Of a stretch of DNA of 64,000 bases, positions 12,391-24,695 are shown in pieces. Position numbers and translations under genes: made by a program. Positions within the stretch are counted from its first letter, which is position 1, and every line of letters starts with the position of its first letter. Origin of the DNA: Lepidodermella squamata (lineage: Eukaryota; Animalia; Gastrotricha); NCBI GenBank assembly GCA_047495785.1, contig JBLDXI010000055.1:1178001-1242000 (forward strand), written 5' to 3'. The notes under the pieces are model-generated. The model had not been told where the DNA came from. It saw nothing but the letters and a program-made list of their open reading frames with translations, and searched no databases.

Positions 12391-13948
12391 TCAACAATAT
12401 GTAGTTTCGCTCAGGTGCTTTCTGGTTTGAATATCATGTTCCACTTGTGCTGCTATTTCGCATAGGTGAATGTATTCTTGTCTTTTAGCAAGCAGGTAAT
12501 GTAGGATGCAAAAGACCACGTAGATTAAATAAACCGGTGCAGAGTAAGCGTTGACCAAAACTGGGGCGAAAAATACGGCAAAAACACCGAAAATGATCAA
12601 TGCTGCAGTCATGTACACCCAATTGCGACATGACGCTGCACATTCCTTTGTTGACTTTTTGAATAATTGACTCAACTCCTGCAGGATGTCAACTTCAGCG
12701 GAATCTGTACCAATCATCCGCAACCTCGGTACACTTGGGCTCAGCTGAATTTTGTCAAGAGGCATGACCTTAAACACCGCCGTCACAGCCTCATGATCCG
12801 ACAAAGGAAGGTCAGTATTAGGAACTTTAAGGTTGAGAATCGAGCAATCCTGGATTTCACATCGAAGATTTTCTACGATTGCCGTAATTCAAGTTTTACA
12901 CGAAAGTGAAAGAAAAATTGAAAACATACGCGGTCTAGTCATTATATAATCAATTCTCTTTCCTTTCGGAAAAAGGCGGAGACTCGATTTGGGTGTGTAT
13001 TTGTTCTCTTTATGATCACAGGTAGGAACAAATTCTTCATTGTGAACCACTTGCCAGGCGTCTATAAATTTAAGCGAGATTTTTAGACAAGTAATACGTA
13101 TATGAAAGCCGAGGAGATACCTTTGAATCCACCGTAAATCATCAATCGAATCCCAAGGTCATGAGGTTCAAGATTGAAATCTCCCGCGAAAATAGTTAAC
13201 GATTTCTGATTTCCGTCCGACTTCGATGGTACTATTAGATCGGCAAACTTGAGCATTTCATATGCTTGGGAAACACGATGGGCAAAATATGGATCGTTGT
13301 TCTTGTCGTATTCGGCATGAAACTGTTACAAGTTGAAATAAGAAGGATAAAAAACGCTATGAATTGGTGAACGCAGAACGCACATGAGAAATGAAACAAT
13401 TGACCGACAAGTTGTTGACCAAGATGCGAGCGTAGCCAACTCCTGTAACAGGCACCATGAAAGTTTGAGCAATGAGAAAACATGAATTTATTAGCACCTT
13501 TATTGCCGTGGTTGTCACCGTGCAATACAGCGTACCAATATCCATTCAACATGTATTGATGATAAAATGATTCAACAATAGGATGACGGCTAAATATGCA
13601 TAGTCCTGAAGTTCCAATACGGCCGCTGAATATCATCGATATATTGTTTTAATAAAAGATAATCATGGCTCATCTTGTACCTGAAAAAGCATCTACTGAA
13701 CGGGAACTGCGATTTGCATTCTTTCTCGATCATGGAGTACCATTTCCTGGACCATATCTCTTGCAGAAAAACGATATCATAATCTGCTTCAGCAAGGAAG
13801 CGACCAATAGCCACGACCCTTTGGGCAATGTCCTCCGCAGTGAACGGAACAGTCCTAGTAAGTTAAGTGTGAAACATCGACATTTCCACAACAAAACGGA
13901 TGTTTACCAGCAATTCAGGGTGAAGGCTTTAATAGTAGTCGGCTCCAT
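12391..13948 (-). CDS. SMPD2: Neutral sphingomyelinase 1 (EEP-fold); 7 exons
   Basis: FTLNCW, YDIVFLQEIW, GTSGLCIFSRHPI, LNGY..VLHGD..GNKGVG, HFHAEY, AGDFN, RIDYI and SDHEAV, followed by two C-terminal TM helices. Confidence 0.92.
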
Positions 13949-14534
13949 GGCGATTCAAGTAACACTACAGAAATGTGGAAAAACAGTATACACAAGAGCA
14001 GATAGTTCATCAAGATAAAAACAGCATGCGCATAGTGTTCTGTCAAATCCGCAGAACGGTCGGGTTCTCACTTCGCTTCATATTATTACAGCCCATGCCC
14101 AATGACGGCTTTGACGCTATCTGCTATCTATAAGCATCACGCTAATAGCTTACAAGGAAAACTTAGATCTTATATCTATAAATCCTCAACCCGAGGAACG
14201 AGGAACGCGTGAACTCGCAGCATAAGTAATCAAAAGCACATTGAGAAACAAAAGTAGCTTGTGAACTTGTCAATTGCCCTTGCCAATGGTGAGAATTTGA
14301 AGATCAGATATTCGTTCGTTCACCAACTACCCTTTACCCTCCACCCTCACTCCACACTTCAAAAAGCCGAGAAACGAAAAAAACACAACAAAACTTCTCA
14401 AGTGCCGGCAAGAAGCGGAAAAAGAAGCGGTTTTTCGATGAGATTCAAAACTGCACTATTCAAACATAATATTATATCTAATACTAATAAAAATTAAAGC
14501 AAGTTTTAATAATTTATCGAGAATTTATAGTATT

Positions 14535-17500
14535 ATGGCGGGAAATTTTTCAAAAACCTGGGAACATTGCGCGTCTTTCTGGGCCTCCCTCTCGTCCACA
14601 CTACCGAGCAGACCGAGCGTGCAGAACCTGCTTCTCGCGCTGTTCCCGTGCCAAATCCGTCTGGCCAATCTCTTAACCCAAGTCCGCGAAGTAGGTAATC
14701 GTCGGACGTTTCCATTATACTGGAATCGAATAAATATCTGGAATGTTTATCTGGAAAAATTATTTTCGCGTAAGACTTCGCCTAAGGCTAGAATCTCAAA
14801 TCTGGAATGTTGGACTGATCAAGCCAGGGTAGCAGAAAGTTTTTACAACCTCGAAGTAGATCGAGAAAAAATTTCATACAGGTTTTATATAATGCTGGGG
14901 TTGACATGAGATATGATAGTTAGTAAAGTTAAATTAGTAGAAAAACTGAACGAGTACGACGTATAAACGCATGTATTCAATAATTTTTCAAAAAAGTAAA
15001 CATGTTGCTCCACCCCGCCGACCTTTATCATAGCAATCTATCCTAGGAACTTTCTGCCACACTGCCACCATAATTATAAAACATTGAGTCTCGCAAACGC
15101 GACCTCGACAACGAATCACTAGTCTCACAAGTGCATAATGATAAGAAACAACATGTTAAACCTTGTTGCAATCATTCTCTATTCTCTATCTAATCCCCAC
15201 TTCCTAGAAGACGGCAAATTATTATAGTCGATCCATTTGCATATCCTCCTGGTAAACCGTCTTAATTTTCGTTTAGAATAAGAGGTTGACGTTAATTAAT
15301 GGTGCACTCAGAGTCACGTTACCTATCTGTTACATTGCCCTGTGGCAATGCTATTGTCGCTGATACCGCCAGAATACCTCAAGACTTTTTTATTGTTCCT
15401 CCAACGGAATTTGCGAGGCTTTACTCGGAACCCGTAACGTCCGAACTAGCAGTTGACAAGCTCTTGAAACATGTATGTTTTACAATACAGTTTTCCATTA
15501 ATTTGATCAATTATTCAAATTTTACATGTTGCAGAGGGTGTCCCTCTCTCCTGATGTTGAGTTTCGGATTGAAAGACTGGTTTTGGCTGGTTCGTCTAAG
15601 ATCTGCGCTGTAGGAAAGCATTGTTTATCGATATTGCAGCCAGTCACAGATATACACAGCCTAAGAGATATCGATTCGTTTATGCTGCGGTAAATACGCC
15701 TTTGAGATCAATTTTACGATTTGAAGCCTCAAGTCACGTCAGATTCTCTTTCCAAGGATATTCCATGGTAGCTCAAATCGATATCTGGAAATTGAAAATA
15801 ATTTTTAGCTGTGGTTGAAACAGCTCATCAATTCTATGCCGTAGGAATCGAGTTATTTGCAATGAAAGAAATAAACATTATATGTATATTCATTATTTTG
15901 CAAGCTCATCTTCTTGTAATTTCAGCTGCTACCCAGTCTGCCGTTATACTTTCCATCCCAAGTCAGCGTTGGAGCTCGTTCATGTAGCGTTTGTTCCGGG
16001 TGATCGAGAGCTTCTATCTGTGTTGAGCACAGATTGCACGTTGAGGTAATTTATTTAGTCGGCAGGCGGAAAATATCGCTCGACTAAACCTCTGACAGCG
16101 TTCATGAGCCGGGTGAATTCCGGCTACACCTCTCGATGCTTGGTCAATGCGGATAATTATTTTGCAGGTTGTTCAAAGTTTCGCAGTTGTCATCAGAAGC
16201 GCTAATGGCACCCTTCAAAACAATCAATTTGCTTTGCCCTCCTAAAAACTTCGGAGGCAGTTTACCGCGGCGAGCAAACCCCGTCTCGTCGTCTCGAATT
16301 AGTCTCGCCAAATGTGAGCTTTTTCATTAGGCTATTTCTATCAACGCCTTATTTTATGTAACGTATTTAGGCGAACCCTTTGTTTCCGTACAATTTATGC
16401 ACGATGCATCAGTCTCTGCGCCGAGTGAGCAGGTTTCACGAAAAAATTGTGACGAAATAGTAACATCTTTCATGCCGTTTCTCGCTTTGCGATCTAATGG
16501 CGACGTCTACTTTGGATTCATTGACATGGCTGATAGCCCGACGGATGCATCTGCGGAAAAACAACTGTTTGATTGTCAATTGGCTGGCCCTCTAAAGCTG
16601 CAAATTCCGGATGGAGATCATGAAAATACGTCTTACTTCTACGACCTGAATGCCTGCGCCATGCAATTGGTATATGGTAAGCACTTCGCCAAAGGAGTGC
16701 CGCTGTTGATTATCGCGTCGGCTGATGGATCAATTGGTCATTACTTGATGATTGCAGATAAGACTGACAGCAAACGTTCATCTGCCTATCTTGCCGCTGC
16801 GGGCTCTGATTTCACACAAAATTCGACCCTAACAATGCATTTCCCAGACACTGCATTGTACGCTGTGGAAAGGCTCAAAATAGCAAGCAGTCACCAACCT
16901 TCATGTTCAACATCATTGACCAGCTGGCTGTATGATTCCCATTGTTTGAAGATATCATCCTGCCCTTATGACTCGAAATTTTCGTATATAGCAACTGCTT
17001 CAGCGTGTATTTTCCGAGTATCGCTACCTTGGCTTGAGTCACTTCCCGGTGGTAAGCATTTTTACAGCTCACGTTACAGCTTACTAACTGAAGCCTCACA
17101 GAGTCTGACTCGGCATTTGTGTCACGCATTTCTGACGACCCAACGTTCGTTGAAGCCTTGATATCCCTTGATATCAAGTCTGATGAGTCGATCTCGGTAG
17201 CTCATTTTACTTCTCTTGGGGCAATTCTGGTCGCTGCCGGGGCTTCGCTGTACGCCGTCCCGATGAACGCGAAAGCCGCTCTGGCTCAGAGTCAGCTTGA
17301 TGCGTTCGATGTCGACGATCACGCAACATTGTTACCTCCCGCCGCAGAGCTGCCTGATCAACTTTCCCTACCAGCTGAGGATTACGTGGCTGTGATACAA
17401 CGAGCTCTAGCTAGGCAAGCAAACTTGAACCCGAAGCTGCTTACGAATACTTCAAAAGAGCCCGGACAGGAAGATCAACTTGGAAACATGTATACGGTTC

Positions 17501-18213
17501 GTTTTTAGAGACATAATATTATGTATCATTCCCATACTGATGAGTCATTTTGTTTGTAGGCTGCGTCTGGGGCTGTGGCTCTTCTGGCCCAGGAGTACTT
17601 CGGACGAACCGATACAGCTGCTCGTCAGTTGGCCAGACTCCATGCAGCATGCGATGCAAACGTCCGGCACGTCACTGGTACCATAGAAGCTCGCCTGGTG
17701 AAGTCGTGCAATGATTTTGGGTCAAAAACTGTTCCGAACTTAGCAAACCGAATAGATAATATCGCTGATCGTCTGGCGTGCTTAGTTCAGCGCCTCTCCA
17801 AGTTAGCTGACATTTCTCGAACAAAGATCACGAAAAAGGTTCGCCCAATGAAATTTTAATATTTCCTGCATTCTCTTTTTCATTTATAGTCGAACGTATT
17901 GGAGGAAGTTTGTGCCAAAGAAGGTTTCACGGATCAGTTGTGTGACATCGAGGTGAACATGGCTCAGATTAACGCTTTGTATGGCGAAGTCGATGAAAAA
18001 GCGGCCTACCTGTCTAGTCAAATCGCTAGCTTTGCCGAGCGCAATCTTTCCGCCGGTGAGAAAGTCATTCAGAAGACCGGTGAAATTCTGCCGCCCACAA
18101 GCATGTTACCATTGTTCGAAACGCTTGGCCTTGACATACGCCGCATCTCCGAAGATTTGCAGCAGATGAAAAATGACATTGATCGTATGGAATCGACTCA
18201 TTACCGTGCTTGA
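14535..18213 (+). CDS. NUP88: Nucleoporin Nup88-like (beta-propeller plus C-terminal coiled coil); about 9 exons
   Basis: The spliced model (first intron 14695-15311) gives an N-terminal W..F..L..QNLL segment, LSPDVEFRIERL, HVAFVP..LSVLSTDCTLRLF, PFLALRSNGDVY, ALYAVERLKI and VSLPWLESL, then a coiled-coil tail. Divergent, but the motif order matches Nup88. Confidence 0.65.
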
Positions 18214-18471
18214 AATCGATTAAAATCGTTGTCTTTTCAATAAATAAAATCAATTTTAGTCTCGTCAAATTCTTTTATTACAAATTGCGATCTCAGTAAG
18301 AATGGAAGCAAATGTATTGCAGCAATAAAATCACAAACGGACTAAATATCATACACCCGATTCAATCAGGTTTGCAAAATATATTATAGCTTTCAATTAG
18401 TTTTGTTTATTCGTTAAAATTTGGCGAAAGTAAGACCAGATTTGTCCATAAAACACGTATGAAAAAGTAGA

Positions 18472-21400
18472 TTAGGGAGACGCGGTTGAGACAGGCCGGT
18501 GTGGCGATGATGGTTGAGTGCCAGCCGCACTTCTCAATTCGTCGTCGTCTTCACTCTCAGTGTCGTAAACAGCCAAGAACTCTTCTGGATCCTCTGCATA
18601 GTCAGCTGGGTAGTATGGATTTGATGCGAGATGTTCACGCACCAACTCCATATTTGGCGCTTCTACCCCCAAAATGTAGGCTAAACGCATGGGCTGCGAC
18701 TGAGTTCGAGCTCTTGGTCGCGAAGAGTTTTGGCTATTCCGATTTGTGACGCGAGACTGACGAGCAGACGGCCGTCTGCCAGCGGCAGCATCGGCTATCA
18801 TTTTCTAAGCAGTTAAAGTTGAACATCGCATGACAAAAGTATGAGTCTAATTACCTCTTGCATTAGACGCCTTTGCTTTTCCTCGGAATAAACGTTCCAC
18901 CTCGTGTTGAAGTTTTCAACAATGACAGCGATGAACAAGTCAAGAGAAATGAGCACCGTCAAGATGTACCATAAGATGAAATATAACTGTGCAGCGTCAC
19001 CAGCAGCATTAGTGTATGCGGCCAGAAGCACCTGCCAGTTGTTCACAACCATCAGGTTCCAAAGAACGACTATGGCAGACTGAAGGCAAAATGTATAATA
19101 TTAAAAAATGACATCACTTTAATAGATGAAGAATTGCCCGCAAGTTCATTAATTATTCCTAGAAGAACGTCGTCCTCTTTCATGCATAATGCTGTCTAAA
19201 ATTTAATTTCACAGATCCCTCTATGCAACTTAAACTACGGTCAATCTACAGACATTCGTGATCAGTGGTTAGATAGTCCTTACATTTGTATCGCTGGCAA
19301 AATTCTCCTATGACAAACAGTCTCTAAGGTGGCTAAAAATGCTGCACATGTAACTATTGCGCTATATCATAGGATCTCTGAATTATTCCGTAGTATGTTG
19401 AAGCTCGTATATTTTCAATTCAAAAATTGAACATTAATCCCCAATTGAACTTACCGCGAAATCGTTGAAGTTTTCGGCCCAGAAATCACTTGAGTGAAAA
19501 TCATCGCCGTAGGTACAAGAAGCAGTAAAATTAGGATATGGGGAGCGGCACGTGTCAGAGCTATTGTCCCAATGCCAGCTAACAATTTCAAATACATCGC
19601 ATGTCACTGCAGTCATTTGCATGTTTTATCAATGCTTACCACCCATCCATTCGTTTATCGTATTTGATGACATCCGCAAACAGCATCATACCCAATACAG
19701 CAAACAGGTAGAATTGGGACTGGAGGAATATAAATATAAATTCAGTTCACATCCTTCTAATTTGACCATACCATAAGTAAGCCTAAGAATGGGGTAAGAT
19801 TGACTAACAAATCAGCCATCGTGCGAACAATCAAGTGGGGCATCTGTTATCAAACCGTAAAATTAATATTCCTGAAGTTAATGCGTTTCAAACACCTTAC
19901 CTTGAGCGACAACACAACACGCAACAGTCGACATCCCATTAAAATCTGCCAGCAAAATAAAAATTGAATGCCTGAGTAATTAGAAGATGGTAACAAGATT
20001 ACGTGAGTGATTCCGACAGTTGCGTATCGAGCTTCGATAATCCTAAATAAAAAGCATTCGGTGGAGTTCAATGTTGGATCAGATTTTGGTATAAAACCAA
20101 CTCATTTGGAGCCAATGCATCTACGCTAAGATAGACGATGGTTGACACCTAAATATATTGCATATGCATGAGATTGAATTCTAATTAAGAAAGACGCCTA
20201 CGCCAATCAGCAGAGTGAATACGAAGTCCATTCGATGAAGCCACATTTTGAAATACAAGCGTGGTCCAACAGCCCACATTATTCCAACCTGCTCGATGCC
20301 GTAGTAAATGATGAAGCTATAAGATGGAGGTTCGATTTTTGCTTTTCGAGCGTCGTCTGAAGTTTGGACCTATAAAAAGTGAACCTTCAATTAACAGTAA
20401 AATAGATCAGATCAGATATTACGATAACAAGAAGCACATTTATGACGTTGACCAAACTTCCCACGTGAATGAAATTTAGATGAGATAGAACGAATCGCAG
20501 GCCGGAGACAGTCGTTGACATGCAAGTAGCGAAACGATTTCTGTTATTACTTCCATCGATAACTTCCGTCTCCACGATAGTTTCAGCTGTGTAACAGGCA
20601 CTAGCATGCGTTTTTAGTGGATCGTTCACGCCGGCCCTGAGAGTGTCAACGTATTTTTGTCGTCGGTCAGAAATGCCGACCGCGAAAATCTTTTTGAAAA
20701 ATTGTTTCCAAGAAATATTTGCTTCCGTAATATCCCTGTTTTGCTGATCGACCGAAGTTTCGTGCAGATATTTCAATTCGTCAATAAAGCGTTGATACAG
20801 CTTCGCTTTCACTTCTCGTTTCACCATCAAGCTAGAAATCACAGCTGAGAGGCGTCGAGCCGGAACATACCTGGTTCCGGTAGTCAAGTCAATTTCTGAG
20901 AGAATTTGAAAGGCGGAGACTAAGCCAGCTCGGCGCCGTAATACTCGATGACGCAAGCTTTCCTTGAAATATTCACGAAATTGTTGAAAGACAACGGCGA
21001 GTAGGATGTACAGGAAACAGTAAATCCCTGTGACGCATCAATATAATCGTAATTTTGTACAATTTCGTAATTTTTCGATTCATTACCGATAGCGACGTAA
21101 ATGATGAAGAACAATGAGTAAAATCGATTCTGATTGTAAGCGGCAGTCATGACTTTAAAAAGCTTCAGGTTTAAAAGCTCGTTTATGAAAGCGCGAAACT
21201 CACTGTTAGGATTGTTTGACGTTGTCAACAGGATGAACATGTTCACCAAAGCGCTAGTTGCAGTGGAAAAATACTTCCTGCCTTCTGCGTCCTGTCAGCA
21301 GATCGAAATGAATTAGAAACACAAGCAGAACAAGTTGAGCAAGCTTCCGAGAATTTACCCCTAATTCAGTTTGAACCTAAAATTCAATACCATCACCTTA

Positions 21401-22311
21401 TTTGAAAAATCAATATCTACGCATCAGAAACATACAGGTCCCATGTCGTTAGGGAACAGCGCCAAGCCCGTCAAAGTGAACAGCAGCAAATGCAGGAAAA
21501 TGAGTAGTAACACGCTGAGAATAGAAGGCAGAGCTTTTATGAGACATTTCAAAGCCTTCTTAATGATCGATGAATGCTGAATTATAAACGTCGGTCGCAG
21601 CAAACATCTCCATTTGCAAACCTGTATAAATATTATCATGTTTCAAACGCAATGGTTTGGTGATCGAAGACATGCCCTGCCGCAATGTGGCCAAATATTA
21701 CAGCACGGCACTAGCAGAGCTATGAACCAGCCGCCTACAGACGCAAATAGGCAGACTGCATAAGCCACGTGCCAAGGGTAAGACCGCAGCTGGCGAACTC
21801 CGAACGAATATATTTTTACAAAGCAGTCGAAACATAGTAGCACCAGGCAAACACCTTCAATTGGAAGTAGAATATATGGCGGGACCACGACCCTGCAGTC
21901 TTGCAAAGTTCTGTTCTGACATGCTCTAATGTCAGCCGACATGGATAATGACGACGGTGCTTCGAAAAATATAAGCAAATGCAAAACCATCAAAACCACG
22001 GTTATCGACCACTGCACTGGTCTTGAGTGATATAGGCGGTATACTCTAAGAGACGTGACATCCACTCGGTGATAGGTGAGCCGAAACTAAAAACAAACAC
22101 TGAGTAAGATGGAGAGGAAAAATGGCCTAGCTTACACTCAATGCGTCTTCAATGAACGTGCATCCTTGTAGCAGCCGCGGCTGTTCTGTAACAACATCAT
22201 CATCTTCTTAAACAAATCAAGCTCCAGAGTAATAGAACTTCAACAAATCATCCTTGATTTACCTGCCAGATCGTACGGAAACGATTCTCTCACCAGCGGA
22301 ATGTCATCCAT
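18472..22311 (-). CDS. TPCN2: Two-pore channel 2 (endolysosomal cation channel); about 16 exons
   Basis: N-terminal DDIPLV dileucine-like signal, FIEDAL..HRVD, FFEAPSSLSMSADIR and LLRP. Pore I reads LLTTSNNP and pore II reads [24 protein letters not shown]. Two 6-TM repeats. Confidence 0.92.
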
Positions 22312-22963
22312 TGATTCAAGCCGTATATCAGGATCAGTTCATATGCTTCTAATCACGCCTAACTTGATAACAAAAGTGACCCATAAATTTATCCAAGCAA
22401 TTTATATGACTTTTCCAATGTCGAGTTGCTGTCATTAATCCGATCACCCATGATTTCCAGGAAAATTCCGCAATTGTTTAATAAATTATTTCATCATAAT
22501 GGATAATAATTCATGATATTCTCCCAGAAAAAAACAAAGACACATATAGTAACACAGTTGAGCTATGTTATAAATATTTACGACACATTTTTTAGTATAA
22601 TTACGAACAACAACGCCAAGCGAGTAAGAAATGGTAAGAAGGTTATCAGTACCCGTGTGAATCGATGGCATATAACAAAGTGTCATTGAAGGAATGAATA
22701 TGAATGTCAAATCAAGTGTAAAAATCAGCATAATTTAGGAGCGTTTGCAACAACGGTGTCAAATCATACATTTTTAGCAGGACTAGGGCAAGCGGGCGCA
22801 TGAAGAATTGAACGTAAAAATTCACAACTCGATTGATAGGTCCACAAAGCGGTTATAGTTGCAGCAATAATTTTGTTAGCAAGTTTCTGTATATAACGAA
22901 TCTAAGCAAATTACACCGTAAAAATACTGAACAAAGCTATATTGCGATTTCGATGACAGGTTC

Positions 22964-24695
22964 TCACAACTCAAACAGATGATCATAACTGCCAATTAAC
23001 AATTGGCAGAACTTATTGATCGATTGAATGGAAGTTATGGTGGGTGGCTCCGTGTTCGACCAAAGTAAGTTAGGTCCCATAACGATAGCCAAATTTTCTA
23101 CAGTCATCAGATTAGTTGCGCAGTGGTCCGCGACTTTGGAAAGAAACGACATCAAGAATTTGATCACGTGATAGTTCACTTCAGGCAAGTGGTTCAATAT
23201 GTACTGCGCGTCGGCAAGTCTTGATTCTTGAGTACTTGTTGGCAATTGCGATTTTAGAACCTTGGCATAGAGGTTGAACGTCAGCAGTGGTTCAGGAAGT
23301 TCGCGAAGGAATGTTTTCAGAATTACAGCGGCCAAATGAACATTTGATTCGTCATTTTCGATGGTAGGAAGTCCCTCTGAGGAGAAGGTCGCGAAGTCGA
23401 TGTCAGCTCCTTCATTAAAGCGGAGCTGAACTTTTTTTACTGTCGTCGCAGCAACAGAGCGCCTCAAAATACCAGGAGTATTCAAACCTGAAAAATTTCA
23501 ACAATGTCATGGGAAATAACCGACTCCAGCGAACAAACCGTATTTCAAAATATGGCCAACACATTTTTCGAGGACAGTTGGAACTACTTTTTGAGATCGC
23601 TGATTCAACCTAAATGTGGCAACATTAATATTTTACAAAACCAATCGACAGAGCGAAATGTAAAGCACTCACACGTCAAGAGGAACCCCAAACTGCCAGG
23701 TCGACGGCAAAGATTTGGGGTCAATGCTCATCACGGAGTTTCGTTGGCTAACTGTTCTAACCAAGGTTGGGGGCTTAAACTTCTGCACTAGATCAGAATC
23801 ATAGTTTTTGATTGTATCGGGAATGACCATTTTCAGTTGATCAATGTGCAGATATGGCGCAAGCTCTTGTAAGTAGTTGATATAGATTATCTTTTTCGAA
23901 AACTTTCCACTGACCAGCGGCCGCATAAATCCAATAAGAACTTTGACGAAAGTTGAAGGGTGAACAATGCATAAATATTTCAAGTTCTTTTTGTACCTAT
24001 TAATAATAATATATATTAATTTGAATGAAAGTGATCAAAACCCTTTTAGGGACATACTTTCGGTCGAGTTCCTTGTATGCTTCTTTGAAGAATGACAGTG
24101 GTGGTCGGTTGGACGACGAGAGGCCATGGTGGAAATAAACTAAAAGGTAATCGCTTTCGACTATGTTGTCAAGTCGAGATTTTATATAAGGAAGCAGCCT
24201 TCGGTGATCAATCTGTGATCAAAAGAGGCAAATAAGAAAAATCCATAAATATCAGACGGTAGAACCAACTTTTGAAGCTTGAGGAAGACGACAGGCGAAG
24301 AAAATAATAACTTTGAGACCGAAATGTCCATCACCTATAATAACAAATAATATACGGGAAATCAGCGAATTGCAAATTCGTTTCTTACCAGCAACTTCTA
24401 CGATATGATGTTGTTCAATGTCACTAAAATCTTGGCCATTCGACGTTGTCTCAACCGTTTCAGTCTGGCTGTTATCAGCAACTCCGAGGGCGGTTTCATA
24501 ATCATCATCAGCCATGCGATTTTTAGAAATAAGTTCTTCAACGTTATAATACGGAAGAACGCCCCCTTCACCTGATTCCTCAACTTCCTCTTCGAAAATT
24601 ATATCAGCGGGCATGGCTTGAATTTCTGTCGGGGCTAGATCAAGGCCAGAGTCATCGAACTCTAGTTCAGGCTCAACATTGTCATTTCCATCCAT
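22964..24695 (-). CDS. ARHGAP1: p50RhoGAP-type protein (BCH/CRAL-TRIO + RhoGAP), ARHGAP1/8 family; 6 exons
   Basis: IVEVAGD..G.KVIIFFACRLP, DYLLVYFHHGL, KYKKNLKYLCIVHPS, QFGVPL, arginine finger GILRRS, AVILKTFLRELPEPLLTF and NLAIVMGPNLLW. Confidence 0.9.
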
